A DNA stretch of 64,000 nt, taken from NCBI RefSeq assembly GCF_006345805.1, contig NC_042997.1, positions 101,742,001 to 101,806,000 of the forward strand. The letters run 5' to 3'. How positions within the stretch are numbered: position 1 is the first letter of the stretch; the number at the start of each line of letters is the position of its first letter. The position numbers and the translations under genes are program-made. This document shows, piece after piece, positions 36,478-49,600 of this stretch. The notes beneath the pieces are model-generated. The model made no database searches, was not told the DNA's origin, and saw only the letters and a program-made list of their open reading frames with translations. This DNA comes from Octopus sinensis. Taxonomy: Eukaryota.

Positions 36478-38829
36478 CATATACATATATATACACATAC
36501 ATATACACACATATGTATATAAAGTGGTTTATTTATGTATATGAAAGGGAATTTATTCATGTTTCTACCATATGACCACTGTTGTTTCAGCAAAGTTTTT
36601 GTTTGCTAAGTGTCATCAGAGATAGCATGTTTCACGGAAATGATGGCAGCCATGTTGTAAGAATATAAATACACAGGTGAAGGCATGTCTCCACCTATTA
36701 AGAAGCTCACTTTGCAACCATGTAGTTTCAAGTTCAGTTCCACTGTGCAGCCAACCAATGCATTGTGGGCGAATTTTGTAGATGGAGACTGTGTGGAAAC
36801 CTATCGTGTGTGTGTGTGTCTTGTCCTCCCACTGCTTGACAACTGGTGGTGGTCCTTGTCGCTTAACAGTTTGGTAAAAGAGACCCATAGAATAAGTACC
36901 AGATTTATTTTATCAGTTCTGGGTGTTGATTTATCTGACTAAACCCTTTAAGTTAGTGCTCCAGCATGGCAACAGTCCAATGACTGAAACAAGTTAAAAG
37001 ATAACCCCATTTATATAAAACTCAATGTTCAACATGGATTTCCTTCATAATTGTGGGTTAATTTAAAAACAAAGGAATATTACTTAGGGTTGTAGATAAT
37101 ATTCATTCACGTAAAAGTTTCCTTCATAATTGGGTTAACATGACCCCCAGATTGGAATCTTCCATATGTGTCTGTCAAGATTTGAGCTCATATATTCAAT
37201 TAGGACTGCCCCAGCTTGGCCACAGTATGAAGACTGCCACCAATATAAGAATACTAATCTAGAATTAATCTACTTTTAAATCTCGTAACAAACCTCTAAC
37301 TGCAAAACAATGTTAACAATGGATACAAACATAATGGGTTTTACAAATATGATTGCTACTTAATGTAGAATGTTGGCACTTCTGAAGAACCATTATAAAA
37401 ATATTCTAAGAAAACCAAGACAGCTGGTGTTAATGTAGGACAGGAAGAGTGATGAATCTAGTGTGTAGAAAATGGTGGGAAGAGTTTATAAAGGTTTTTC
37501 TTTTAGTTTTAATAAGAGGGCTAGTGCCCATGATCTGCAATGGCCCTCCCAGTCTGGTGAGATTGATGCAGTAGGTGTTTGGTTTACTTCAAGTTGATGA
37601 GGTTAGATCGTCAGTAGGTAGCATAATAGATGTGTCTTGAATGAGTGTTATAATTGTAATGTTGACATGGTTGTTGTAATATGAAGAGAATTTTTTTTTT
37701 ACAGCACAACTGCAAAGCTGCTTCAAAGGTATGTTAGCCTAACTATTGGAGTCATTGAATAATATTTAAATAGATACATAAAAAATGAATATACTAATAT
37801 TTACAGAGGTCATAGTAAAAGAACTTGAAAGGGGAGTGAGAGTTTTTAATATATTAATAAGACTACTATGTGGTTATGAAGAAAGATGGATAAAAGGTTA
37901 TGATGCAAAAATCTATCTCTAATGAGAAATGTGCTTTTAACATTGATTAGAATCTAAAGTTGAATGTCTAAAGGCAAGGAGAATAATCATGAATAGGAGA
38001 TAGACATGGAAGCTGTAATAAGCTACTATGTTAAACTTCCACACAATACAAGTACTAAGATGAACAGAGAATTTGGTACAATGGAAAAAGAAAAAAAGGT
38101 AAATTAAGAAGCAGGTAATATTAAATTCCTTAAGAAGGAAAGGTAATATTAAATATTAATTATCAAATAATGTAGAGGGTTTACGATAATTTAACAGGAA
38201 ATATAGTGTGATCTATTAGATAAGCAATATTAAAAACTTTTAATAAAGACTAATTTGTTTTAGTAAACACTAGGTGATAACAAATTTATATATGAAAGTT
38301 AAAGTTAAATAATCTAACCTTTGAACAAATACATTTTAAATTATTGCAGTAACATATTTGAAATTAATAGGCTAATTTTAAAATACTGGTCATTATTTAA
38401 AATTAAATATTAACTCTTAACTGAGCGAAAATAACTGCAACAAAATGCTACAACAAAGTCATTACTATAAAGATAGCTATGTCGCTGTGACATCATCGCT
38501 ATCAATATAGTAATGTCTTTAAAACAAACAACAACTGTTACATCTCTAAACAACAACTGGTTTCAACAATAATTGCTTGAAAACACATCATTTAAAAACA
38601 AAGGAATATTACTTAGGGTTGTAGATAATATTCATTTACGTAAAAGTTTCAAGACACCAAAGTAAAAAAATATTGAAATAAAAGAATTACATCACACTAT
38701 AATAATTGAACACTCATGTGTAAAAGAAGACAACTTCAGCTGTTACAAGAAATTCTATGACATTTTAATCTGAACTACTTTTAAATAAACACATCACAAA
38801 ATTTCTTATACAAAAGCATAAAAAGAATT

Positions 38830-38861
<32 letters not shown>

Positions 38862-40663
38862 TGCTTGAAATAAACAAATATCACCAGAATAAACTAACAG
38901 AATGTTTAATAAAAAAGAATCACAAGAGGAATAAGCAGGATAACAACTATGCTGGAAAACAAACAAACAAGTAGAAAATAGCAAATTTGGACAAAATTTA
39001 GTATCACTAAAAGGAAACCTAAAAGAAAGCAGACAAAAGAACTTTATTGATACACTATAACCAATAAAAACAAAAATTAAGCTCTTTATAATGAGATAAA
39101 CCACGAATTTAATGCATTTCAGTGCAATTTGTATTATAAGGGTATGGTTAGAAATATAGCATGAGACCTTGTAAATGTTGCGCAATAAAGAGCCTTTTTT
39201 TGTAAGCAATATATGGCCAATAGATTAGGATATTGTACAACTCTACTGAAAATTACAACTTCATCTATTATATCTAATGTCAGTTGGTTGGAGCCTATCT
39301 TTTCTCATCTAATATTTGCAAGAGAAGTTTAATTTAATACTGAAAGATTAGCGGATATTTGTATATTTACAGATAGGGGATTAAAAAAATTTGAATTCAA
39401 AACAAATGTAATGAGAAAAATATTAATTGATGACTAATGTTTTTTTTCCTAGTAAATAAAGGAGACAACTCAAGATATGTTTCTGCTTTCATCAACATTC
39501 CTTATCAAGGTTCTGCCTCTTCATAACCTGCAGTTATTTAGTAGTGAACAAATCACTAAGTAAATATAGAGAAATCAAAATTTGTATGATAAAATAGTAT
39601 TGAATGCCTGAGAATAATGTTAACAGTATCAGGTTACTCCTTACTGTACCATACTTATTTAGATAGAGATGAACTAAGTTAGCTTGAAGCCAATTGTCAA
39701 TGCAGCAGCAGCATTGACAAAATATGAACTATTAACCATTGAATTAATAATCAAATATGAAATATCTATAGTTGTTGATTAATAAAATATGATTTAATTG
39801 ATATATAGATTTTATGAAGAAGGTTCATATACAGAAAACGATTAGTAAGATTTAGTAATAGGTAGATTTGTGAGAACCACAAGATTATTGTAACGCTAAT
39901 AATTATATGAGAAAATGAACATTGTTTCATTAGCTTTTCGAGAAAATAGAAAGAGCATTTTTAAGTACACAATTACAAATATAATAATCCAAATAAATAC
40001 TAGTTCTTTACTTATCCCTCTAAAATTCAGTAGTTATAAGTTCTCAATGTGTAGTGGTATAGCAAAGGTTCCCAGAGTCTAGGGGCAAAGTTTGTTTTGG
40101 TGCCACTGCCTTAATTAGCAAACCTAATAGAGGAAATTTTCTGCCTCTTCACACAGAACCTGGGATTGACCGCCCCTTTCTCTCCTTACTACACATCTGC
40201 TATGTGGGGACTCAGTTATTCAAAACAATGCATATATTTAATGGATATATAAGATGTTTTTTTAATGCTTCATAACTGAGACAGAAATTTTTAGCTAATG
40301 GCTTTCATGTTTTTATATATATATATGATGGCCATCCACTCATGACCGAGGAAGACCATTGTTGTCCTTCAAGAACACTGAGTGCTCTAGGACTATTTTA
40401 TTTTGCATTTGTGGCTCCGTTGGTGGCTAATGAGTCCTGCTCGACAAGCTAACATGTCTGCAAACATTGCAAACCAAGCTTTCCCCATTCACTACACCAG
40501 CGGTGCACTTTCGAGAAGCACGCTTAAGTTCTTCATGCAGAATACATGAACTCTCAAAGGTGTTGACCCCCTCCTTAACCTGCTTCCTCCATCTGTGGCG
40601 ATGACAGGCATTACTCTCCCATTCACTCTCCTGCATATCACAGGCCCTTAATGAGGAATAGAT

Positions 40664-40699
<36 letters not shown>

Positions 40700-43600
40700 C
40701 ACACACAAATTCAACTTTCAATTAAAGCATAAATAAATAATACTCAGGGTAGCAGGTATACAAAGATATTCTACAGAACCATTTCTCAAGTTATCTCTTA
40801 TTCTTCAAGTTATGGATATAATTTTACTGCAAAATATCTTTACATTTAATATATATTCATTTATAAAAGCAAAATAGTTAAAAATTGCTAATATAATATT
40901 TCAACTGTTGATTTTAAAATGTTGAACTTATATAATTTAAGTAGCTACTTAAAAAAGCAATGATTATTTAGCCTGAATATAAGTAATGATGGCTTGAATA
41001 TAGTGTTCTGCATTTAAAAATTTTTCAAGATTCTTTTCTTATACGTAAGAGAGTATTGCAATTTCCTTGAAGTATCAAATTGTAAGTAACTGATATAAAT
41101 GTTTGAAAAAAGTCCTTTGAGCATTGTAGGTAAGAAGTTACACAAAATATATAAAGTGATGTCAATAAAGGAAAACATTGTATTATCTCATGTAAGTTAT
41201 TTAACGAGCCTATAGTTCAAGAAGGAAACTTCACATTGCTCTGAACTCTATTTTTTATTTGAAAAGAAGAATCTTTCCCAAAATATTATAGGACCATTAA
41301 ATAAACTAGGTAAGGTAATGCAATAATTTTTCCCTTTGATTTCATTTATTGCCATCACATATTTTGTCTGCATTGCTTAAAGGATTTTTTCAAACATATC
41401 ATTTTCAGTTATTTCAAAAAACTTTTTATATTTTATCTTATATAGTGAAAATGTATAACATAAATTAATTATCTTTTAATTCATGATTTTTTAAAACTAA
41501 ATGAATAAATGAAACCATGTAAGTATACAGGCATAAAAAGAAAAAAGAGATCTCTGGTTTATGCCTATATACAATATCCTTATCAACCTAGTCATTCACT
41601 AACTCTCAGTTTCTTTACTTAATATAACCAATAAAGAAACACATACACACAAAAAAAAACAACAAAGAATGGGTGCAAAACACAAAAACTGCTGCAAGGA
41701 ACAAGCAACCAAATTTACAATGTTGAAAACATTGAAAGGAAAGGAGTTCAAAAATAACAGGAAGGAACAACAAAGGTAAAAAAAAAAAAATTACTTTAAT
41801 TCAGTCTTAAAAAATTAACCAATCTTTTTTGTAGTTTAAAGAAATATTTATAACGTTTATAGTTAAACTTTAGTATAAACAAAATATATAATTGTAAAAA
41901 ATACTTTGCTAGTTGAAATAAACAATGGTTAAATAAAACTAAGAAATATATTTACAAAATATTTTTTTCTCTTATGTCCACATTATTATTATTTTGTTAT
42001 CTAGCATGAGGTAAATGGAGTATTTCCTATAATCTATGTCTAAATGTTTCATGCAATTTTCAGTTTACAAATTCATAAATGTTAGTATTTTAGTAGAAGC
42101 TCAAAAAGAAACCTAAATTTTTCTCTTTCTTTATGAGAAAGTAGGCAACTACCTAGGAATTTGAGAAAGCTAGAGAGAAAAATTAAAAGACATCCTTCAG
42201 AAAATTATTAAAGGTTTTTAAGTTTTCCAAAATGTGCTATTTCCTACATTCTAGACTGTTAGTTGATTAATCTCAATCTTAGAATTGGCAAACACCACAA
42301 GCAAAAATTCAAGACATTTTTTTCTTCCTTTTCTTCTTTTGAAACATTTTTTTCCACTTTAAGGAAAATGATATGCATAAAAGAAAATGTATTTATAAAG
42401 CTTTAGATATTATGTTTAGGCATATATACATGCCTAGACATAAACAAATGTATCAAATTAAGCCAAACCTATTCACTACAATACTCCACTACTCTTAATC
42501 ATTATAAAGAGAACACAAGAAGTAAAACATTGATAATCAAAAATAATGAAGAGGAGAAAAAAATAGGTAAGTAACAGTTTAATAGATACTAGTAACCGTT
42601 AATATTGCAAGAAAAAGAAATCCCTACCAACAAAGAAAGAAAATCACACAAGAGAAAAACCTAAAACAGAACCAAGCACAACCTGTTCACATGACTTCCA
42701 AACATGCTGGTAACATCAACAAAAGGAAATAACTGCCATTATTTACCTGAAAAATATAAAAACAATAATTAATTAATATAAGCTTCAAGTCTGTAATTAA
42801 AATATTATCAAATACGTCAGCATAAGAGCAAAAAAACAAAACAAAACACAATTACATGTTGAGGCAAGTATGAAAGCCTATGATAGGGGTTTGCAAATAC
42901 CATTCTTTTTGTTGAAGAATATTTCACATTTAGATGCCTTAAATGAGTGGTTCTCATTAAAACTTATGTGCAATAAACTGGTTATATTTCTACTACACAC
43001 AAAATATTTAAACATTATTTAATACAATTTCTAATATTTAATCATAAAAATATAATAGCAGATTTTAGACATGGAATAGGTAATGAAGCCCCCTGCTGAG
43101 TAACATAGGAATCAAAGGGGTCATTAGCAAAAAAAAAAAAATGTTTGAGAACAACTGCCTAAAATGAAGCAAAACAATTTTTCTTAAGCAGATTTTGGCA
43201 TTAAGTACACTGTTAACACATATCTCCATAATAAGTATAGTCAAAGTATGAGAAAAAATATTAAGTCAATATATACATGACTCAACAAATAAGCAGTTTT
43301 ATAAATACTAAGGATACAAATGCTTTAATATTTAAGGTTTATGCAAGCCATGCTTGAACTAGGTTCTCAAGTTTTGCTCTAATTCAGAATAGTAAAGTGG
43401 AGTATTTCTGATTGTTTTGCCACATCTGGGTATGAAAGCATTCAAATTCTCAGTACACTTAATACGTGTCACTGCAAAGCATTGTTAGAGAAAGCACTGT
43501 AAAGCTTCTTCAACAAGAAATCATTAGTTTTCAGTAATAGGTATTTGATAAAAGACATATTTACAAACAACCAGGAGTTAGTGAATTAGAATACAATACT

Positions 43601-46600
43601 AAAGAAAAGGTTGGATAGCAATATTATAGACATTTAAAACTGTATCATCGAAAGTCATCATAGAAACATATTTACCATAAACATAAGGAGTTACAAGGCT
43701 TCTATATCTACAAAGCTATTATAAAATATGACTACAAAAATATATAGCAAAGAATAAACAGCAACAAAACAAGAACAAACAAAGAAAAACTATATTGTCT
43801 TAAGAAAGATGTAAAACAAAGGCTGCAGTAAAGAGGTAAGAGGCAATTGTGAAGAAGATGGTGAAACAAAATGAGAGCATTTGATAAATTAGATTAAAAA
43901 TAAGACTTCAAGATGCAATAGTAAGAAGGTGAGGGAAAAACCCCAACATGATCAATACCAAAAAAGAATGAGTTACGTACATTAAATAAAAGTCCTTAAA
44001 CCGATTGAAACCCAAGAAAGTACATCTGAGGCTAGAGAGTTTTGACTGAGCATATAACAAAAAAGCCTACCCCCAAGAACTAAACTAAACAAAAGAAAAT
44101 ACATATAAATAGACTCGAGCATAAAAAACAACAGAACATGTGAAAGCTGTAAGAAACAATAACATCATTTCTGGTTCCCCAACTATAATTAAAATCAGAC
44201 ATTTAGATATACTGAAGACATTAAGGAGAACAAAAAAATTTTTTTCCCAAGAGATATTATATCATAGAAAGCAATGGGTAACTGATTAAACTTAAGGGCC
44301 TAGAAGATGGGGTTGGGTGGGTCAATGTAAGCGTACTCTTAGCAGAGAAATGAGCTGAAAAAGTGATTGAGGTAGTCAAAGAGTGTGATAAGATTGTTTA
44401 AGCTGAGATTAATATTAGATTATGCTACAGTAACATTTATCTCAGTATGTGCCCCACAAGTTGGACTGATGGATGAACTAAAGGATCACTTCTATGAGTC
44501 CAGAAAGCCACCAGCCACTTGGTCACTTATGAATCTGGTGGACACAAAAGTCAAATTGACAACATTTTCACCAGAAAACAGGTTAGGCAGATGCTTGTGA
44601 ATTCAAAGTCCTTTCCTGGTGAAGAATGTACTTCCCAACATCGGTTAATCTTGAGTTCAGACTAAGAGCTCTAGCAAAGCAATATGGAAAAGGAAGAGCT
44701 AAAGGCTTAGAGATTTTTTAAACAGCTAGAGATTTGATGAAAAAGAGGAGGAGATAGGAACATATAATGTAGAGGACAATTGGAAATTCTTACAAGACAA
44801 TCTACTGAGGGCTACAAATCAAATTTGTGGTAGGTGCAAAATTCCAGCTAGACCAAGGGTGACATGGTGGTGGAACAAGGAAGTAGACAGAGCAATAAAA
44901 GTGATGAAGCAAGCATGGAAGGTTTTGAACAATGGGGACAGCAGAGAACTTTACCAGGTATCTAGAAGAGAAGCTAGGAGGTAGGTCTATTTAGCAAGGG
45001 AAGTGGCAGAAAAAAAAGGGGTTTGCCAACATTCTACACCATGAGGACAAAAGACATGAGGTGTTTCCCAATTGCAAGGCAGTGTACCAGAGAAAATTGA
45101 GATGTGGAAGAGAAATCTATGCAGAAAGAGGATGACTTGCTTGCATTTAGTGATTCTGAAAAGAAGGAGGCATAGAAGTGATATTATGAAAGGTTATTAA
45201 ATGTGAAGAATGCATAGAAGAAAGAGAATCTCCCTAATGTGAACCTGACAGAGGGTCTAGCCATTTGTGTTGTAGTTAAAGTAATTAAGAAAATGAAGAC
45301 TGAGAAAATCCCTGGTATATCTGGAATTACCTCTGATATGCTTAAAATATCTGGCAGGGTAGGATATGGCCTAGTCACTCATATAGTTAATCAGATTGTA
45401 CAAGAAGGCATCATATCCAATGACTGGTGTAGCAGCACCATAGTCAACTGTTATAAGGGTAAAGTATGTGTTGATCTCTATGGAAGAGGTAGACCTAAGA
45501 AGACGAGGGACAAAGTGGTGAAGACTGACCTCAAGAAGAGATTATAGGGGACTGTGATAAATGGAGTTATGCTGTGCTTGGGAAGATTTGTCCATCTCAG
45601 CAGAATTAAGGCTCAGTCAAGCCATTTCCCACAACTCATCTTTTATTTTCTTCACTTCCTACTACACTGAACTGATATCCTCTGTGTCCAACTCATTTCC
45701 TATCTTTAATCATCTTTCACACTATTTTCACTCAGTACATTTCCTATTCTGTCTCGTGTTCATGTACCTGGACCTCATGTCTCTCTCTTTCTCTCACTTC
45801 CCAGGTGAGCAAGCCATGCGCTCACATCTTCAGCAAAACACCTGTTCCTCATCCTCCACCATAGTTTCTTTCGCCAGTCTACACCCCGCTCAGTTGAGGA
45901 GTCTTATTTTGTGGGTACTTGGTGACCTCACTGGTGCTGGTGCTACATAAAATGCACCCAGTAGGCTACTAAGTAATTAGCATTAGAAAGTGCATCCAGA
46001 TGTAGAAACTATGCCAAAGCAAACATGGATCCTGTTGGAGCCCTCTGGCTCTTTTGTTCTTGTCAAACTTGCCAACCAATGCCAGCAAGGAAAAAGAGAT
46101 GTTAAATGATGATGATGGCTGAGTTATGCACTGAAGGAACACAATAGGATTATTACAATAATAATAAATTAATATTCAACATAAGACCCTGGTCGATTTC
46201 TCAGTCCAAATTGCCAACAAAATAGAAGTCACTACAAGTAAATATTATTGTAAAGAGACCATCCCCAATCCAAATTTGCAAGATCATAGCTAGAAAATTA
46301 TTGGTTAGGAGGAACAGAAAAATATCCTGTCAAAGGTAATGTTAGAAACCACACCAAATTAGCTTTTAAAGAAATGCTGGAATTGAGATATAAATAGCAG
46401 AGTTGGAGAAAACTAATAAGTCCTTAAGAGTTGAGAAGACTTGTTACTATCACATTCCTTATATGAAACTTGATATGACTAATGTGCATCTTCTTCATGA
46501 TTATGATGATGATAATGAAATAATAAACAATATATGACTGAATTTTATGGAAAAGAAAAACTTCAACAAAATCATCGAAGAGAACTAAAAGTTATATTTT

Positions 46601-49600
46601 TGAATACAATGAATTAGAATTTTGTACCTGAATTCATCTGTGTCTGTTGATAATTCTTGTTCAATTTGTAGAAATACATTCACCTATAAGGAAGTAAAGT
46701 AGAACAACCAGTAAGTCATATAAAGAAAATATGCGTTTTTCCAATATCAGTTATTCAATTTGAGGCTTCTTACTGACTAACGATTAATTTTTATTTAAAT
46801 TCCTTCTTAAGAACTATGAAAATAATTTAAACAGTCTACTGAATGAATTATATATTACAGTAATCAAACAGAGAAAACAAACATAATATACACAGAATTG
46901 GGGGAAAAAATTCATGATAGATGGAGAGGGAACACAAATAGCATTGAAAACACACACACATTATATATGATAAAAATGTTTTTTTCCTTTTCTGTTAAAA
47001 TTCTAATTTTATTCTCAATGAAACACTTTTTCTAAAATTGAAATCCCAATTAAATAAAGTGTGCAAAGATTTTTTTTCTCTATTCTAGTATAGAAAATTA
47101 AAAATTGTGTCATGCAGTGTTTGGGTGCATGAAGTGAATCTGGGCACATGACATGCAATTTTTCCTGCATAGTTTCTCATAAATGTCAATGTTCTGATAT
47201 AAATAATAATAATAATAGGGCACAATGACCTTGGCTAGTGTATTGAAATTGTTGGTGTAGTTCTGAAAATTTGGACATATGACATGCAGTTTTGTTTACC
47301 TCTCATATATCTCAGTATTCTGGTATAAATAACAGTAGGGCATAGTAACTGTGGTTTATGTGTAACAATTGTATGAAGAGATCAGTAAATCCTTGAGATT
47401 TCATTAATGTACTCAGACAGAACACAGAGACAAAGGCAGCTAAAACCTACATTTATCTATCAAATATTCAATAACAATATCTTAACAGTTAACAATATCT
47501 TAAACTGAATACTTAATAATGAGAAATATATTCAAATAAAGAAGCATTGATAACATTCTTTACTTTTTAATGTAAATGTATTTAATTATCTAAAAAGAAA
47601 CCAAATTAATGCTTTACTTTTCAGCTTTTGAGGTTAAATTTTATTGTATTAGGCAAGTGAAACAGCTTATTTTGCCTGAAATTACTCACCTTAACATCCA
47701 TCATAAAGTGTTTTGGCTTCAGATTTCAGTACTTTAAACATCTTAACCTCAAAATAATTTTATCAAAATACTCTAATCAAAGTAGCATATCACCAAAACA
47801 TGAAGTGCACCTGAGCATTGTATACAATAAGTTCATTATCATCATCATTATTATTATTATTATAAAAAGACCTATTTATCTACAGAAGCTTAAGGTGATA
47901 CCACTATAACCCCCCCCCCCCAAGCCTTATTTGGACAAAACATTTTTTTGACTGTGTATTTGGTCAGGAAAGACAGAATCCAAAGAAATTACTTATAAGA
48001 TATTGCAAACAATTCAATGGGATGAATATGTAATTATAGTTCACAATGAAAATAAATTAGGTGTGAATAACTCACCATTTCAGTGATAATAATTGGCCAA
48101 AGTGAAGTCAGTTGAAGTGGAGACATTCTAAGTATTAATACACGGAAACAGAGAAATACTTGTGACATAACAGATGGCACTTGAGGTGTTCTTAGACATT
48201 CAGCAAGACGCTCTATTCATCAAAACAAAAAATATAATGTACCAAAGAGTTTTCTGCAGATCAACTTTATTTACTTACCTGACAAATTCTAGTTATCAAA
48301 GAAAATTATTTCTTTAAATAAATTACAAATTGAATTACCACAGTTTTTATCAATTTAAAATTTCCATTTACATGCTAAATAAGAACGAAGAAATAAACAA
48401 CAGCAACAAACAAATAATGGAACAAGGAAGGAGAATTACCTTGAATATCTGGCATGTTTCTTTGATACTGATCTGATTCACTACTTAAAATGGTAAAAGA
48501 TAACCGCTTCAGCATCTGGGCACGTAACTCAAATTCTTGTTCCTTGCTACTGAAGAGATTCAGGGAACCAGATTGTGTTATGGCAACACGGGCTACAAAA
48601 TAAAGAAATGACAATCAGTAAGAACAGGTTTCTTCCCAATCACATGGTTCTGGGTTCAGTCCCACTGTGTAGTAGATTGGGCAAGTATCTTTTACTATTG
48701 CCTCAGGTTGACCAAAGCCTTGTGAATGGATTTGGTAGATGGAAACTGAAAGAAGCCTGGCATATGTGTGTTTCCCCATCACCATTTGACAACCGGTGAT
48801 GGCGTGTTTACATCCCCATAACTCAGCAGTTGTTCTGGAGTCAATTTGTCTGACTAAAATCCTTCAAGTCCATGCTCCAGCATGGCTGAAACAAGTAAAA
48901 GAATAAAAGAAAGACAAGTCACATTAACATGATTTTGTCGAAAGAATACCTGTCCATCATCATAACAGTTCCTCCATGGTGGCATTGGCTGGAGAGGTCT
49001 GTTACATAGAAACAAACATTCGGTCCAGAATTGTAACATTGGGTGTTTTGTTGCCTACATCAATGGGTGACCCCTAGTAGTCCTTGTGTGACAGTAGAAG
49101 GGGCTGAAACACCTACAGCACTACTTCACTGCCTAATACATGAACTGCTAGATTCAGAGAGAGAGAGAGAGCACAGAAGCACCCTTAGCACACAAGAGTT
49201 TTATTCTAAACATACTGTCATGTGTTTATGACTCAACACCCTAAAATCTGACCTCTCCATTTCTTACCAAGTATTAAGGTGTCTGAAATATGTAAGAGTA
49301 GACTTATAGCCAATACTGAAGTAGTGGTCTTTTTAGTGATGATAACCATAAAGTTACATGTGGTTGCCTAGCCTGCTAGAAATAACAGTGAAATCTTACC
49401 TATGGCACTCTACTGTCTTACTAAAAACAAAACCAGGAAGGACACAATAGATAATACAGTATGAGATACAGTCATAGAAGTCTGGTGCTGGCGTTTTCCT
49501 GGCTGGTTCCTGTCAAACCATCCCACTCCTGCCAACTTGGAAGGCAGACGTTAAATGATAATGATGAGATAGGCATGAAAAAGACTGGGTGATCACAGAG

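Noticed and set aside
32112-36593. Many long ORFs rich in Y/I/H/T/C/V/M
   Set aside because: Translations of TA/CA microsatellites; no splice or domain support.
37000-39400. 58-bp direct repeat (37066 and 38594) and ORF 38829-39209
   Set aside because: Looks like old repeat debris; the ORF has no recognisable motif or splice support.
47080-47370. Diverged tandem duplication of about 115 bp
   Set aside because: Old, low-identity duplication with no evident function.
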